A stretch of DNA of 57,416 nucleotides. It comes from an uncultured Luteitalea sp. (GTDB lineage: Bacteria; Acidobacteriota; Vicinamibacteria; Vicinamibacterales; Vicinamibacteraceae). Under the pieces are notes generated by a model. That model saw only the letters and a list, made by a program, of their open reading frames with translations, made no database searches and was not told the origin of the DNA. The DNA is taken from NCBI GenBank assembly GCA_964422175.1, contig CAYRAE010000001.1:1-57416 (forward strand), read 5' to 3'. Numbering within the stretch: position 1 is the stretch's first letter; each line of letters starts with the position of its first letter. This document shows, in pieces, positions 49,071 through 57,416 of this stretch. The position numbers and the translations under genes were made by a program.

Positions 49071-49802
49071 TCAGAAGCGGCGGCGGATCAGGCCGAGACC
49101 GGAGAGGCCGAGGCCGAGCAGCGCGAGCGTCAGGCCACCATCGGGGACCGTCAGCGGCTCGCTGTGGTACGCGACGTTGTCGAACTCGAAAGCCTTGCTG
49201 GTGCTCGTCGCCTTGACGGAGTAGAAGGCCGTGTCAGACGAGATGTTCACGTAGTATGTCCCAGCCGCGCCCTGGTCCCCGGTGGCAAGCGCGCCCGCGA
49301 TGTCGACTCCGGTCAGCGTGCCGACCAGATTGTCGTCCGCATCGAAGAACGTCAGCGTGTTGTGCGTGTCGACCGAACCCCACAGCAAGCCGAAGAACAT
49401 CTGACCAGTGGTGAAGCTGAGTGTCACCGTGCCGGTGCCCGTCGTGAGGTAAGGCGTGGCATCCTGACCGTTGGCCTGATCTCCCCCGCCGTTGGCGAAG
49501 CCCTTGCCGTTGTCGCCCGACAGGTTTGGTGCCGCGTATTCGCCAGGCACGTTGGGGAGCGTGGCGACCTGTGCGCCGCCGTCGAACGAGACGGTCAAGT
49601 CGCTGAGGAAGCCATTGGTAAGGTTAACGATGGCTGCCGCGCTGCTGCCTGCACCGAGTTCGTCGAAGTTCACCTTGTTCGACAGCGTGGGGGCACTGCC
49701 GCCGTTGGGATCGACCTGGATGACGAGGCCCGCGCTCACCGGTTGGCTGACGAAGGCGACAGCGGCGAACGCCGCGAGCACGAGAGACTTGTTCATATTC
49801 AT
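49071..49802 (-). CDS. VPDSG-CTERM-type surface protein 4 (Npun_F0296-like domain)
   Basis: Signal peptide; FGLLWGSVD..N.L.F, AFEFDNVA; VPDGGLTLALLGLGL..RRR. Confidence 0.9.
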   Translation of the reverse strand: MNMNKSLVLAAFAAVAFVSQPVSAGLVIQVDPNGGSAPTLSNKVNFDELGAGSSAAAIVNLTNGFLSDLTVSFDGGAQVATLPNVPGEYAAPNLSGDNGKGFANGGGDQANGQDATPYLTTGTGTVTLSFTTGQMFFGLLWGSVDTHNTLTFFDADDNLVGTLTGVDIAGALATGDQGAAGTYYVNISSDTAFYSVKATSTSKAFEFDNVAYHSEPLTVPDGGLTLALLGLGLSGLGLIRRRF

Positions 49803-49817
49803 CGTGCCCTCCATGAA

Positions 49818-49834
49818 AGCACGCGTCGTGCCAA
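49818..49834 (-). promoter_or_regulatory. sigma54 promoter
   Basis: TTGGCACGACGCGTGCT. Confidence 0.8.
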
Positions 49835-49957
49835 CGGCTGAGCGAGAGCGTCACTCCGGCTGGCAAATTCGACGCAAGCTGTTGTGCTGGAGTCGGTTAT
49901 ACACCGTCGACACCACCGCACCAGGGACCCGGGCGCATCACCCACCTCAACCGAAAC

Positions 49958-49974
49958 CGTAAACCCGGCCGACG
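49958..49974. promoter_or_regulatory. putative PrsR enhancer
   Basis: CGTAAACCCGGCCGACG. Confidence 0.7.
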
Positions 49975-50077
49975 GGAGAGGCAGGGCAGGACGGAGGATG
50001 TGGAGGACGGGAAGCGGGACAAGGGTGGAGGACGCAGGTGCGGGCGCCGGGCCGCACGACGGGGGCGGGACAGACGA

Positions 50078-50107
50078 CGAAGGCCAGGGTGTGAGCCCTG
50101 GCCTTCG
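50078..50107. terminator. terminator hairpin
   Basis: cgaaggccaggg-tgtgag-ccctggccttcg. Confidence 0.7.
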
Positions 50108-50142
50108 GAATGACGACTGTTGAATGCCTGTCGCGCCGAAGC

Positions 50143-50838
50143 CTAGGCGCGGCGGCGGCGTGCGAGGCCGAGGCCGGTCAGGCCGAGACCGAGCAGGACG
50201 AGCGTGGCGCCGCCGTCGGGCACGGGCTGCTGCGGGTTGCCCTTGATGACGTACACCTGATCGATCACCACGTCGGCCGACGGAACCAGACCGGTGTTGA
50301 AGACGAACTCCACCAGGTACGGGCCGACGTCGAGATACCTCGATCCGGTGTACGTCACCCACGTCTGCGGGGTGCTCCCGTGGACGCCGTAGTTGGCCAG
50401 CTCATCATCGGCGATCCGCCCAACGAAGCTGGCGTCACCGGCGTTGTTGTAGCCGTTCAACGGCGCGTAGGCGCTGAAGCCGATCTGGTACTCCCCGGCC
50501 TCGGTGATGTTGATGATCTGCCAGAGACTCTGGTTGTCGGCCAGGTCCGAGACGAAGTACGCGGCGTGGTCGCCAACCGGATCGGTCGAAGGCGTCCAGG
50601 CGTTGTTGGGGGGAATCTCTTCACCGAATGCACCTGTCGGGTAGCCATCCGTGGAGTTGTAGAAGATCGCCACGGGAGGGAAGCCCTGCGTGTCGACGCC
50701 GCCGACGGTCCAGCCGTTGAGACCATCCTCGAAGCTGCCGTTGATGACGAGGTTGTCAGCTCTGACCTGTCCTGCCCCGACGAGCCCGAGAACCGCCAAC
50801 CCGACCATTGCTCGAATGACGAAATGTGTGTTTCGCAT
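50143..50838 (-). CDS. VPDSG-CTERM-type surface protein 5 (CBM-like)
   Basis: Signal peptide; NLVINGSFE..L.GW; VIDQV; VPDGGATLVLLGLGL..RRRR. Confidence 0.9.
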   Translation of the reverse strand: MRNTHFVIRAMVGLAVLGLVGAGQVRADNLVINGSFEDGLNGWTVGGVDTQGFPPVAIFYNSTDGYPTGAFGEEIPPNNAWTPSTDPVGDHAAYFVSDLADNQSLWQIINITEAGEYQIGFSAYAPLNGYNNAGDASFVGRIADDELANYGVHGSTPQTWVTYTGSRYLDVGPYLVEFVFNTGLVPSADVVIDQVYVIKGNPQQPVPDGGATLVLLGLGLTGLGLARRRRA

Positions 50839-50850
50839 GCCCGTGATCAA

Positions 50851-50866
50851 TACAAGCGACGTGCCA
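50851..50866 (-). promoter_or_regulatory. sigma54-like promoter (GT variant)
   Basis: TGGCACGTCGCTTGTA. Confidence 0.6.
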
Positions 50867-51048
50867 TGGACGATCCGTGTGATTCCCCCCGTCAGTCGCA
50901 CGGTCGGACACGAAGCCGTCTAGGATCTGTAAGTTATTCCAACTCAACAACATAGCTCATCAGTTCTGCCATGAACAAACTCGGCAGACGCAAGAGCTGA
51001 TCCGTTCCGGACGGATCATGAGGCAGGAAGCGCGGCCTTGACAAGCGA

Positions 51049-51086
51049 AACGGCCCGCTGCCCCGGGGAGGGGACAGCGGGCTGTT
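51049..51086. terminator. terminator hairpin
   Basis: aacggcccgctgcccc...gggacagcgggctgtt. Confidence 0.7.
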
Positions 51087-51111
51087 CAGGTGCCTTCGAA
51101 CGAACTCGACG

Positions 51112-51783
51112 TCAGCCGATCCGGCGGCGGAGCACGCCGAGGCTCGTGAGGCCGAAGCCGAGGAGCGCCAGCGTCACACCGCCGTCAGGCACCGACGTCG
51201 CGTCACCGTAGATCTTGAAGTCAGCCGCCAGGCCCGTTGGGCCCCCGGTGTTGGCGGGATCGTATGGCCAGGCGCCGCCAGTATTGGCGATGTGGAACGT
51301 CACCGTGTTGATTCCGCTCTCCACGGTTCCCACCACGCCATTCTGGGAATACGATGTGGTCCACGGCGTGGGCGCGGGGGTCGGCGTGGTGTTGTTCACG
51401 CCCAGGCTGTTGCCGTTGAGTGTGACGTCCACGAGGTAGTCGTCGGACAGCCAACGGAAATCAAACGTCGTGGTGGTTGCGGCTCCGGCCCAGTTGAACT
51501 GGAACGTGTACTCGTATGGGCCGTTGAGCGTACTCCCCTGAGCTGCGTTCGACTGATCCGCCGCAAACGAAATGTACCTGCCGCTGGTGAGGCTGTCGTC
51601 CACCAGCACCGGCCATCCGTTTGCCAGAGACGTAACAACATACGCCGGGAGACCATTGACGGTGAACAGGTCGTCAATGCCGTCGGCCGGGCTGGTGTCT
51701 GTACCGGTCGCGTAGATGAAATCCGCCCGGGCCGATGAGGCCACGAGCAGCGACGCGAGTGCGAGAAAGGCTATCCGCTTCAT
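51112..51783 (-). CDS. VPDSG-CTERM-type surface protein 6 (galactose-binding/lectin-like)
   Basis: GAGGAG RBS; signal peptide; SDD..V.LNG, G.NT..F...N, GPTGL; VPDGGVTLALLG..RRR. Confidence 0.9.
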   Translation of the reverse strand: MKRIAFLALASLLVASSARADFIYATGTDTSPADGIDDLFTVNGLPAYVVTSLANGWPVLVDDSLTSGRYISFAADQSNAAQGSTLNGPYEYTFQFNWAGAATTTTFDFRWLSDDYLVDVTLNGNSLGVNNTTPTPAPTPWTTSYSQNGVVGTVESGINTVTFHIANTGGAWPYDPANTGGPTGLAADFKIYGDATSVPDGGVTLALLGFGLTSLGVLRRRIG

Positions 51784-51863
51784 CGAAAACACTCCTCAAG
51801 GGAAGACGCCTTCCTGGCGTCACAGCGACCTCGACATCCGCCGAGCGATTCATGCGGATGTGA

Positions 51864-51880
51864 ATCAAGAGTCGCGCCAA
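51864..51880 (-). promoter_or_regulatory. sigma54-like promoter (GA variant)
   Basis: TTGGCGCGACTCTTGAT. Confidence 0.6.
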
Positions 51881-51940
51881 CTCTGACGCGCTCGATTCCC
51901 GCGAAAGAAGGGGGGCGTCTCGCGACACCCGAAGCACGGC

Positions 51941-51957
51941 CGTAAGCTCTTCCGACG
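51941..51957. promoter_or_regulatory. putative PrsR enhancer
   Basis: CGTAAGCTCTTCCGACG (one mismatch to the 4432 copy). Confidence 0.7.
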
Positions 51958-51984
51958 TCGACGCCGCCCGCCATCCACGGATGC

Positions 51985-52473
51985 CTACCGCACGGGTGTC
52001 GCGTCGCTGAACGAGGCGTCGGTGGCCTGCCTGACCTCGCCCGAACCGTCGGTGATGAAGAAGCGGAGGCCCGTGCGGCCCGGTTCCAACGGGATGGCCG
52101 TGGCGGTGAAGGCCGTCACGGAATCCCTGCAGGCCGGTGTCGGCTCGGCGCCGGCGGTCGCCTGCGCGGGCACTGTCATCGTGATGCGGTATCCCGCCTT
52201 CTCGATCGTGTCGGCCACCGTCAGGTCGGATGACAGCAACCCCTTCGCGCCGAGGCTCGTCAGCGTCGGCGCGTAGCGCCCGATACACTCCGTCACGCTG
52301 TGGGTGGCCTGCGCGCTGCCGATGCTGCGCAACGACCCGATCGCCGACGCCTCGTTGCCGGCGACGAGCGCCTTCCGCGCGCCCGTCACGCACGTGACGT
52401 ATCCGCCAGCCAGCACGCCCACGATCAGCGCCAGCTTGCTGATGCGCGCCAGTCCCCATCCGTCCTGCGCCAT
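51985..52473 (-). CDS. type IV pilin-like protein with a degenerate prepilin motif
   Basis: NEASAIGSLRSI.SAQ, KAGY, A.P...G.TG.RFF..D.SG. Confidence 0.7.
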   Translation of the reverse strand: MAQDGWGLARISKLALIVGVLAGGYVTCVTGARKALVAGNEASAIGSLRSIGSAQATHSVTECIGRYAPTLTSLGAKGLLSSDLTVADTIEKAGYRITMTVPAQATAGAEPTPACRDSVTAFTATAIPLEPGRTGLRFFITDGSGEVRQATDASFSDATPVR

Positions 52474-52560
52474 GTTGACCTCCCCGGTGGGGCGACTATA
52501 GCGCAGGGCTCACCACCGGCCCGCCTTCGCGCTGGCGCGCTACGGCGCGGCAGGCCAATG

Positions 52561-52668
52561 GGCAACCGGCAACCGGCAACCGGTTACGTGGCCTGGCACC
52601 GGGTTTTCGAAGGCCGATGGCCTGTTCGCTTCGGCATTTCCGGCATCGCGGCATTTCCGGCATTCCCG
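52561..52668. repeat. (GGCAACC)3 and CGGCATTTC-type short repeats, intergenic
   Basis: 52561-52581 and about 52633-52668. Confidence 0.7.
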
Positions 52669-53622
52669 CTACGGCAGCAGTCGGCCTTCGACGCCCGCCC
52701 GCGCGAGGCGGTCGAAGTACTGGTAAGCGGTCCGTGAAATGTCGGTGATGGCCTTGTCGCCTGACGAGGAGTCGGCGAGGAAGCTGGTCATCACGCACAG
52801 GAGGTACGGGCGGCCTTTCAGGTCCACCCAGGCGACTTCCGTGCGGACGCCGTCGAGGCCGCCGGGCTTGGCGGCGACGGGGACGCCGGAGGGGATGGCG
52901 GCGCGGATCGCGGTGGGGCCGTACTCGCGCATGATGCGGATCGCCTCGGCCTGGCTCGCCGGCTGGAGACCGCGGCCCGTCCTGATCGCGTCCATCACGA
53001 CGAGCAGGTCGTTCGGGCTGGCGACGTTCTCCTCGCCACGCGCGACGGCCTCGCCGTCCATCATCCGGCGACGCAGCTGATAGCCCTTCGCGCCGAGCGC
53101 CTGCATGTGACTGGCGATGGTCTCGCGGCCGAGGGTGTCGATGAGGACGTTGGTCGAGGTGTTGTCGCTGAGGAGGATCATCAGCAGCGCGTGATCGCGC
53201 AGCGAGAGGACGGGCGAGTGGAGGCGCTGGAGGATGCCCGATCCGCCGGCGCGGCTCGACGGCGCCAGCGGCGTCGGGTCGTCGAGCGCCACGCGGCCGG
53301 CATCGGCCTGCACGAACAGTTCGTGCAGGATGCCGATCTTGATCGCCGATGCCGTCGGGAACGGCTCGTCGGCGCGACGAACGAAGCGCTGTCCGGAGGT
53401 GAGGTCGACGATCGCGTAGCCGACGCTGCCGTCGACTGCCGACGCGATGGTCTCCAGCCGTCGTTCGAACGTCGCCGCGAGCTCGGCGGTCTTGCTCGCC
53501 GGTACCGCTGTCGGCGCTTGCGCGTAGAGGCGACAGACGGAGCCGCCCACGCCGAACAGCGCCCACGCCAGCAGCGCAACGACAACGCCCACGCGTGCCC
53601 TCGGTCCGGAGATCGTGGTCAT
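52669..53622 (-). CDS. serine hydrolase, class A beta-lactamase-like
   Basis: ASAIK (SxxK), SDN, KPG; signal peptide. Confidence 0.85.
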   Translation of the reverse strand: MTTISGPRARVGVVVALLAWALFGVGGSVCRLYAQAPTAVPASKTAELAATFERRLETIASAVDGSVGYAIVDLTSGQRFVRRADEPFPTASAIKIGILHELFVQADAGRVALDDPTPLAPSSRAGGSGILQRLHSPVLSLRDHALLMILLSDNTSTNVLIDTLGRETIASHMQALGAKGYQLRRRMMDGEAVARGEENVASPNDLLVVMDAIRTGRGLQPASQAEAIRIMREYGPTAIRAAIPSGVPVAAKPGGLDGVRTEVAWVDLKGRPYLLCVMTSFLADSSSGDKAITDISRTAYQYFDRLARAGVEGRLLP

Positions 53623-53629
53623 GCGCGCA

Positions 53630-55423
53630 TCATACGGCGCGGACGGCCATCACCGTGATGTCGTCGTTCTGCGCGGCCTCGCCGCGGAACTCGGCCACCG
53701 CCTCGAAGACGGCATCGACGATCGCGCGTGCCGGCTTGCCGCGCTGCGCCTGGGCGACGGTGGCGATGCGATCGCGGCCGAACTCGTCGCCGTTGAGGTC
53801 CATCGCCTCGGAGACGCCGTCGGAGTAGAACAGGAACACGTCGCCCTTCGTGTAAGGGATGACGCACTCGTCGTACTCGATCCCCGGGAACGATCCGAGC
53901 GGCACGCCCGTCACGTCGATCCACTCGACGGCACCCGCAGCCGTGAGGCGCAGCGGATACGGCACGCCGGAGTTGGCCACCGTGACCGTGCGCCGCCTGA
54001 CGTCGAACAGCGCGTAGCAGAGCGTGAGGTACATCTCCAGGAGCTGACGCTCGTGGAGGATCGTGTTGGTGATCTGCAGCACGCTGGCCGGCGTGACGGC
54101 GGTGTGCACGTAGCGCTTCCTGTACGTGCGCGACCGCACGAGCTCCGACGCGAAGGCGCTGTAGAGCGCCGCGGGCACGCCCTTCCCCGAGACGTCGCCG
54201 AGCACCACCACCAGCTGGTTGGCGAGCGGATCGAGATAGTCGTGCATGTCGCCGCCCAGTTCGCGCGCGGCTTCGAAGCGCGCGGCGATGTCGAGGCCGC
54301 GGATGCGCGCGGGGATCTCGTTCGGCATCAGCGCCGTCTGCACGCGCTGCGCGGTGCGCAGCTCACGCTCGATGCGCGCCTGGTTGGAGGCGAGCTCCTG
54401 ATACAACCGCGCGTTCTGGATCGCGATCGCGAACTGCCCCGCGAGCAGCATCGCGAACTCCACGTCGCCCGCGTCGAACGCGTCGCGCTCCTCCGTACTG
54501 AGGTCGAGCACGCCGATGCAGTCGCCCTGATAGAGCAGCGGCACCGCCATCTCCGACGTCACCGAGTCGAAGAGCGTGATGTAGCGCGCGTCCTGATGGA
54601 CGTCTCCGGACACCACCACCTCGCGGTGCAGGGCGGCGTAGCCGGTGAGCCCTTCACCCACGGTCACCGACGTGACGCGCTCGTCGACGCCATACGGCGA
54701 CGCGAGATGCTTCACCTCGAGCCGCTGCGACAGCGAGTCCATCAGCAGGATCGCGAAGGCCTTGTAGTCGATCACCTTGCGCGTGGCGGCCGCGAGGCGT
54801 TCGAACAGCACGTCGATGTCGAGGATGGACGAAATCTCGCGATTGATCTCGAGCAGCGTCTCGAAGACGCGCGCGTTCCGGGCCGCCTGGGAGTAGAGCC
54901 GCGCGTTCTCGAGCGCCGTCGCCGCGTGGACGCCGAACTGCCTGACGATCGCCAGATCCTTCTCGCTGAACGCGTGTCGATGCGCCGAGAGGACGTTGAG
55001 CGCGCCGATCGTCCGCGTCCGGTACACGAGCGGGACGACGATCGACGAGCGCATGCCGGGAACGAATCCCTTGTAGTGCGGGTCCTGTTCGAGGTCGTTG
55101 ACGAGCACGGCGCGGCGGTCCTGCGCGGCCATCCCGACCAGCCCCTCGCCCAGCGGGAGCCTGATGGACTCGGCCACGCCGGCGGGGTAGCCGAGCGAGT
55201 AGTCCACGCGCAGTTCGGTGCCCCCGGGGTGCAGCATGTAGATCGCGAACGCGTCGAACTGGATCAGGCGTCCGATGAGCCGCGGGATCGTCTGGAGCAG
55301 GTCCTCCAGCGACAGCACGGACATGACCCGTCGCCCGAGGTCGAACAGCGTCCTGAGGGTGTCGTGATCGCTGATCACCCGGACCGCGGGGGCCGGATCG
55401 CTGGACGGATGAGGGTGGGTCAC
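53630..55423 (-). CDS. 2xGAF + SpoIIE/PP2C phosphatase (RsbU-like)
   Basis: GEGLVG GAF domains, LGGD, GDVSGKG, YSDGVSE, DDIT. Confidence 0.9.
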   Translation of the reverse strand: MTHPHPSSDPAPAVRVISDHDTLRTLFDLGRRVMSVLSLEDLLQTIPRLIGRLIQFDAFAIYMLHPGGTELRVDYSLGYPAGVAESIRLPLGEGLVGMAAQDRRAVLVNDLEQDPHYKGFVPGMRSSIVVPLVYRTRTIGALNVLSAHRHAFSEKDLAIVRQFGVHAATALENARLYSQAARNARVFETLLEINREISSILDIDVLFERLAAATRKVIDYKAFAILLMDSLSQRLEVKHLASPYGVDERVTSVTVGEGLTGYAALHREVVVSGDVHQDARYITLFDSVTSEMAVPLLYQGDCIGVLDLSTEERDAFDAGDVEFAMLLAGQFAIAIQNARLYQELASNQARIERELRTAQRVQTALMPNEIPARIRGLDIAARFEAARELGGDMHDYLDPLANQLVVVLGDVSGKGVPAALYSAFASELVRSRTYRKRYVHTAVTPASVLQITNTILHERQLLEMYLTLCYALFDVRRRTVTVANSGVPYPLRLTAAGAVEWIDVTGVPLGSFPGIEYDECVIPYTKGDVFLFYSDGVSEAMDLNGDEFGRDRIATVAQAQRGKPARAIVDAVFEAVAEFRGEAAQNDDITVMAVRAV

Positions 55424-55498
55424 GTGCCGGGGGCGCCGCGTGGTGGGACGGAGGCGTCGGACACCTGCGACGAGTGGGGGATTATACTGCCGGAGCGC

Positions 55499-55951
55499 AT
55501 GGAACTGACCGTCCCCTTCGACTACCAGGCCATCGAACGGATCCTGCCACATCGCTATCCGTTCCTGCTCGTGGACCGCATCACGGAGTTCGAGGTGGAT
55601 ACGCGCGTGGTGGGCGTCAAGAACGTGACGGGCGACGAGAGCTACCTGTCGCGCGTGACGGGCCAGCCGCCGGTGCTGCCGCCCACGATCCTCACCGAGG
55701 CCGTGGCGCAGGTGGGGGCGATCCTCATTCTCGCCAAGCCGGAGAACCGCGAGAAGCTGATCTACTTCATGGGGATCGAGCGCGTACGCTACAGGCGTCC
55801 GGTCCACCCGGGCGACACGGTGGTCATCGAGGCGCACGTGCAGCGCCTGCGGAGCCGGATGGGCGTGCTGAAGGGCGTGGCGCGCGTAGGTGGTGCGGTG
55901 GTGGCCGAGGGCACGATGACGTTTGCCCTCGGACCACGCAACGCGATGTAG
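55499..55951 (+). CDS. fabZ: FabZ-like hotdog dehydratase, catalytic His motif absent
   Basis: ILPHRYPFLLVDRI, KNVT, EAVAQ, RRPV.PGD. Confidence 0.8.
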   Translation: MELTVPFDYQAIERILPHRYPFLLVDRITEFEVDTRVVGVKNVTGDESYLSRVTGQPPVLPPTILTEAVAQVGAILILAKPENREKLIYFMGIERVRYRRPVHPGDTVVIEAHVQRLRSRMGVLKGVARVGGAVVAEGTMTFALGPRNAM

Positions 55952-55960
55952 GAGTACAGA

Positions 55961-56030
55961 CGGCCATCGGCCATCGGCCGTCGGCCGTCGGGCATCGGCC
56001 GTCGGCCTTCGGCCATCGGCCGTCGGCCGT
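55961..56030. repeat. ten-copy heptamer repeat (CGGCCRT)
   Basis: Ten contiguous 7-mers between convergent genes. Confidence 0.9.
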
Positions 56031-56044
56031 CAGAGAACCTGCCG

Positions 56045-56776
56045 TCAGTCCTGCAGGTTGCCCTTCTTGGCCGCGAGGTTGGTCACGACCTGGGTGACGG
56101 CCTTCTCCGTGGCTTCGCCGATGACCGTCTCGCGGAAGTCCGACGACCCCATCGAGATACCGCCGCCACCGCCCCCACCACCGCCGCCGGCTCCGCCGCC
56201 GAGCATGAGGCCGCTGCGCGACGACTCGGCCTGACCCTTCGCGCTGATGAGGATCTCGCCGGTGGAGGTGTCCACCATGCGGACCGTGATGGCCACCGTC
56301 GCCTTGCCCTTCGACGTGCCCACCTTGCCGAGGCCGAACTTGCCGCCGCCGAAGCCGCCGCCACCCACGCCGAGGTTGCGGTTCTCCGTGCCGAACTTCG
56401 TGATCGAGCCGACCACCAGGTACTTCACGCCGAGCGCCTTGCCGATCTTGGCCACTTCCGCGGCGCTGGGATCGGCGCGATCGCTGTTCGAGAAGTTCTG
56501 CTCGGCGAGGATCGCGTCGAGGCGCTTGCGCTCGATGACCCTGAACGAGCCGTCGTTCACGAGCTCGTCGACGATCAGGTCGGCCACGCCCTTGCCGATG
56601 TCCCAGGTCCCCGACCACCACTGCTGGACGGCGCCGAAGTCGAGGTCGAGCACCGCCACCGTGGGACGCGACGCGCGCCCCTGGGCTGCTGCCTCGCCGG
56701 GCAGCGCCACGAAGGCCAGTGCGACAGCACCGGCCGTGACGAGCGAACGAAGGAAAGTACGCATCAACGTCTCCAT
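56045..56776 (-). CDS. CsgG/HfaB-family protein
   Basis: VAVLD, F.VIER..LD.IL.EQ, G.YLVVGSIT.FG, RMVD.STGEI; Gly-rich loops. Confidence 0.85.
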   Translation of the reverse strand: METLMRTFLRSLVTAGAVALAFVALPGEAAAQGRASRPTVAVLDLDFGAVQQWWSGTWDIGKGVADLIVDELVNDGSFRVIERKRLDAILAEQNFSNSDRADPSAAEVAKIGKALGVKYLVVGSITKFGTENRNLGVGGGGFGGGKFGLGKVGTSKGKATVAITVRMVDTSTGEILISAKGQAESSRSGLMLGGGAGGGGGGGGGGISMGSSDFRETVIGEATEKAVTQVVTNLAAKKGNLQD

Positions 56777-56889
56777 GACCTTTCTGGTCCTGCACCCGGG
56801 AACGGCTCCAGACAGTCTGGAGCGGGCCGGCGGCGGGGAGGCACCTCCCCCGGGCACCGCGGGCTGCATGCTAGAGTGAGCCCGCGTTC

Positions 56890-57416
56890 ATGGCCGCACT
56901 GATCGAAACGGACAGTCGCCCTCCGGACGAACAGCCCTGGCCGGCGTTCGTCGAGAACGCACCCGTCGGTCTGGCCGTGGCCAGGCTCGACGCGCAGGAC
57001 ACAGGATGCACGATCGCGACCAATCCTGCGCTCCGTGCCCTGTTGCGCGGCGCGAGCGGCACGCCGCCCGATCTGCTCGCCGACACGACGTGGGTGGATC
57101 CCGAAGAACGGAATCGGTTGATCGCCGCGCTGCATGAGGACGGCGGCGTCCAGGACCTGCCGGCCCGCCTGCGTCGTGCGGACGGAACCGTCGCGTACGT
57201 GGAAATCTCCGCAACGTGGAGCACTGACCGCCGGATGAATCCGGCGGCTACTCCCGACGGGGCACATGCCTGCATCGTCGTGCGCGACGTGGGGGAGCGG
57301 CGGCGACGGGAGGAGCAGTCGCGCGATCTGTACCAGCAGCTGCTCCAGGCCGAGAAGATGGCCGCCCTCGGCCAGACGATGTCGGGGGTGGCGCACGAGT
57401 TGAACAACCCGCTGGG
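56890..57416 (+). CDS. PAS-domain sensor histidine kinase (partial, runs off the right edge)
   Basis: My translation: MAALIETD..FVENAPVG..NPAL..RRADG..VRDV..QLLQAEKMAALGQTMSGVAHELNNPL. Confidence 0.88.
   Translation, partial: MAALIETDSRPPDEQPWPAFVENAPVGLAVARLDAQDTGCTIATNPALRALLRGASGTPPDLLADTTWVDPEERNRLIAALHEDGGVQDLPARLRRADGTVAYVEISATWSTDRRMNPAATPDGAHACIVVRDVGERRRREEQSRDLYQQLLQAEKMAALGQTMSGVAHELNNPL

Noticed and set aside
52669..53622. Acquired antibiotic-resistance beta-lactamase
   Set aside because: Host-like composition, no mobile context and a KPG rather than KTG motif; only a generic serine hydrolase call is supportable
53615..55498. Long N-terminal extension of the FabZ-like ORF (778 aa)
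   Set aside because: It is the antisense shadow of the GAF-PP2C gene; FabZ similarity begins at the ATG at 55499
55961..56030. CRISPR array (also considered for the repeats at 885-997 and 37685-37760)
   Set aside because: Contiguous 7-8 bp units without spacers; no cas genes

Overview
High-GC bacterial window, probably Acidobacteriota/Vicinamibacteria-like (an inference from the pilin-like and CsgG-like proteins). About 51 kb of it is a VPDSG-CTERM-type exosortase locus linked to exopolysaccharide (EPS) synthesis. It encodes a PrsT-like TPR lipoprotein, an XrtC-like exosortase, PrsR/PrsK, and six [VT]PDGG-CTERM surface proteins in two groups of three. These groups bracket a minus-strand Wzx/Wzy-type EPS cluster of about 37 kb, led by a UpxY/NusG-paralog antiterminator. 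The right end holds ordinary genes: pilin-like, serine hydrolase, GAF-PP2C, FabZ-like, CsgG-like and a partial PAS kinase. Best candidates for novelty: (1) an atypical tRNA-Thr(CGT) inside the EPS cluster, directly behind a FemAB-like gene. It keeps the ThrRS identity elements but has a weak, bulged T-stem and an abnormal anticodon loop, suggesting a dedicated non-ribosomal tRNA for aminoacylating the polysaccharide. (2) Two exosortase substrates carrying all three Cys-Gln thioester-domain motifs. (3) A readable sigma54 + YGTAA-N6-CCGACG enhancer regulon. (4) Degenerate GGDEF domains that keep the I-site, on and next to the priming glycosyltransferase. (5) An RfaH-type ops element upstream of the UpxY-like gene. 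All assignments come from reading motifs by eye; no database searches were run, and several start codons are best guesses.
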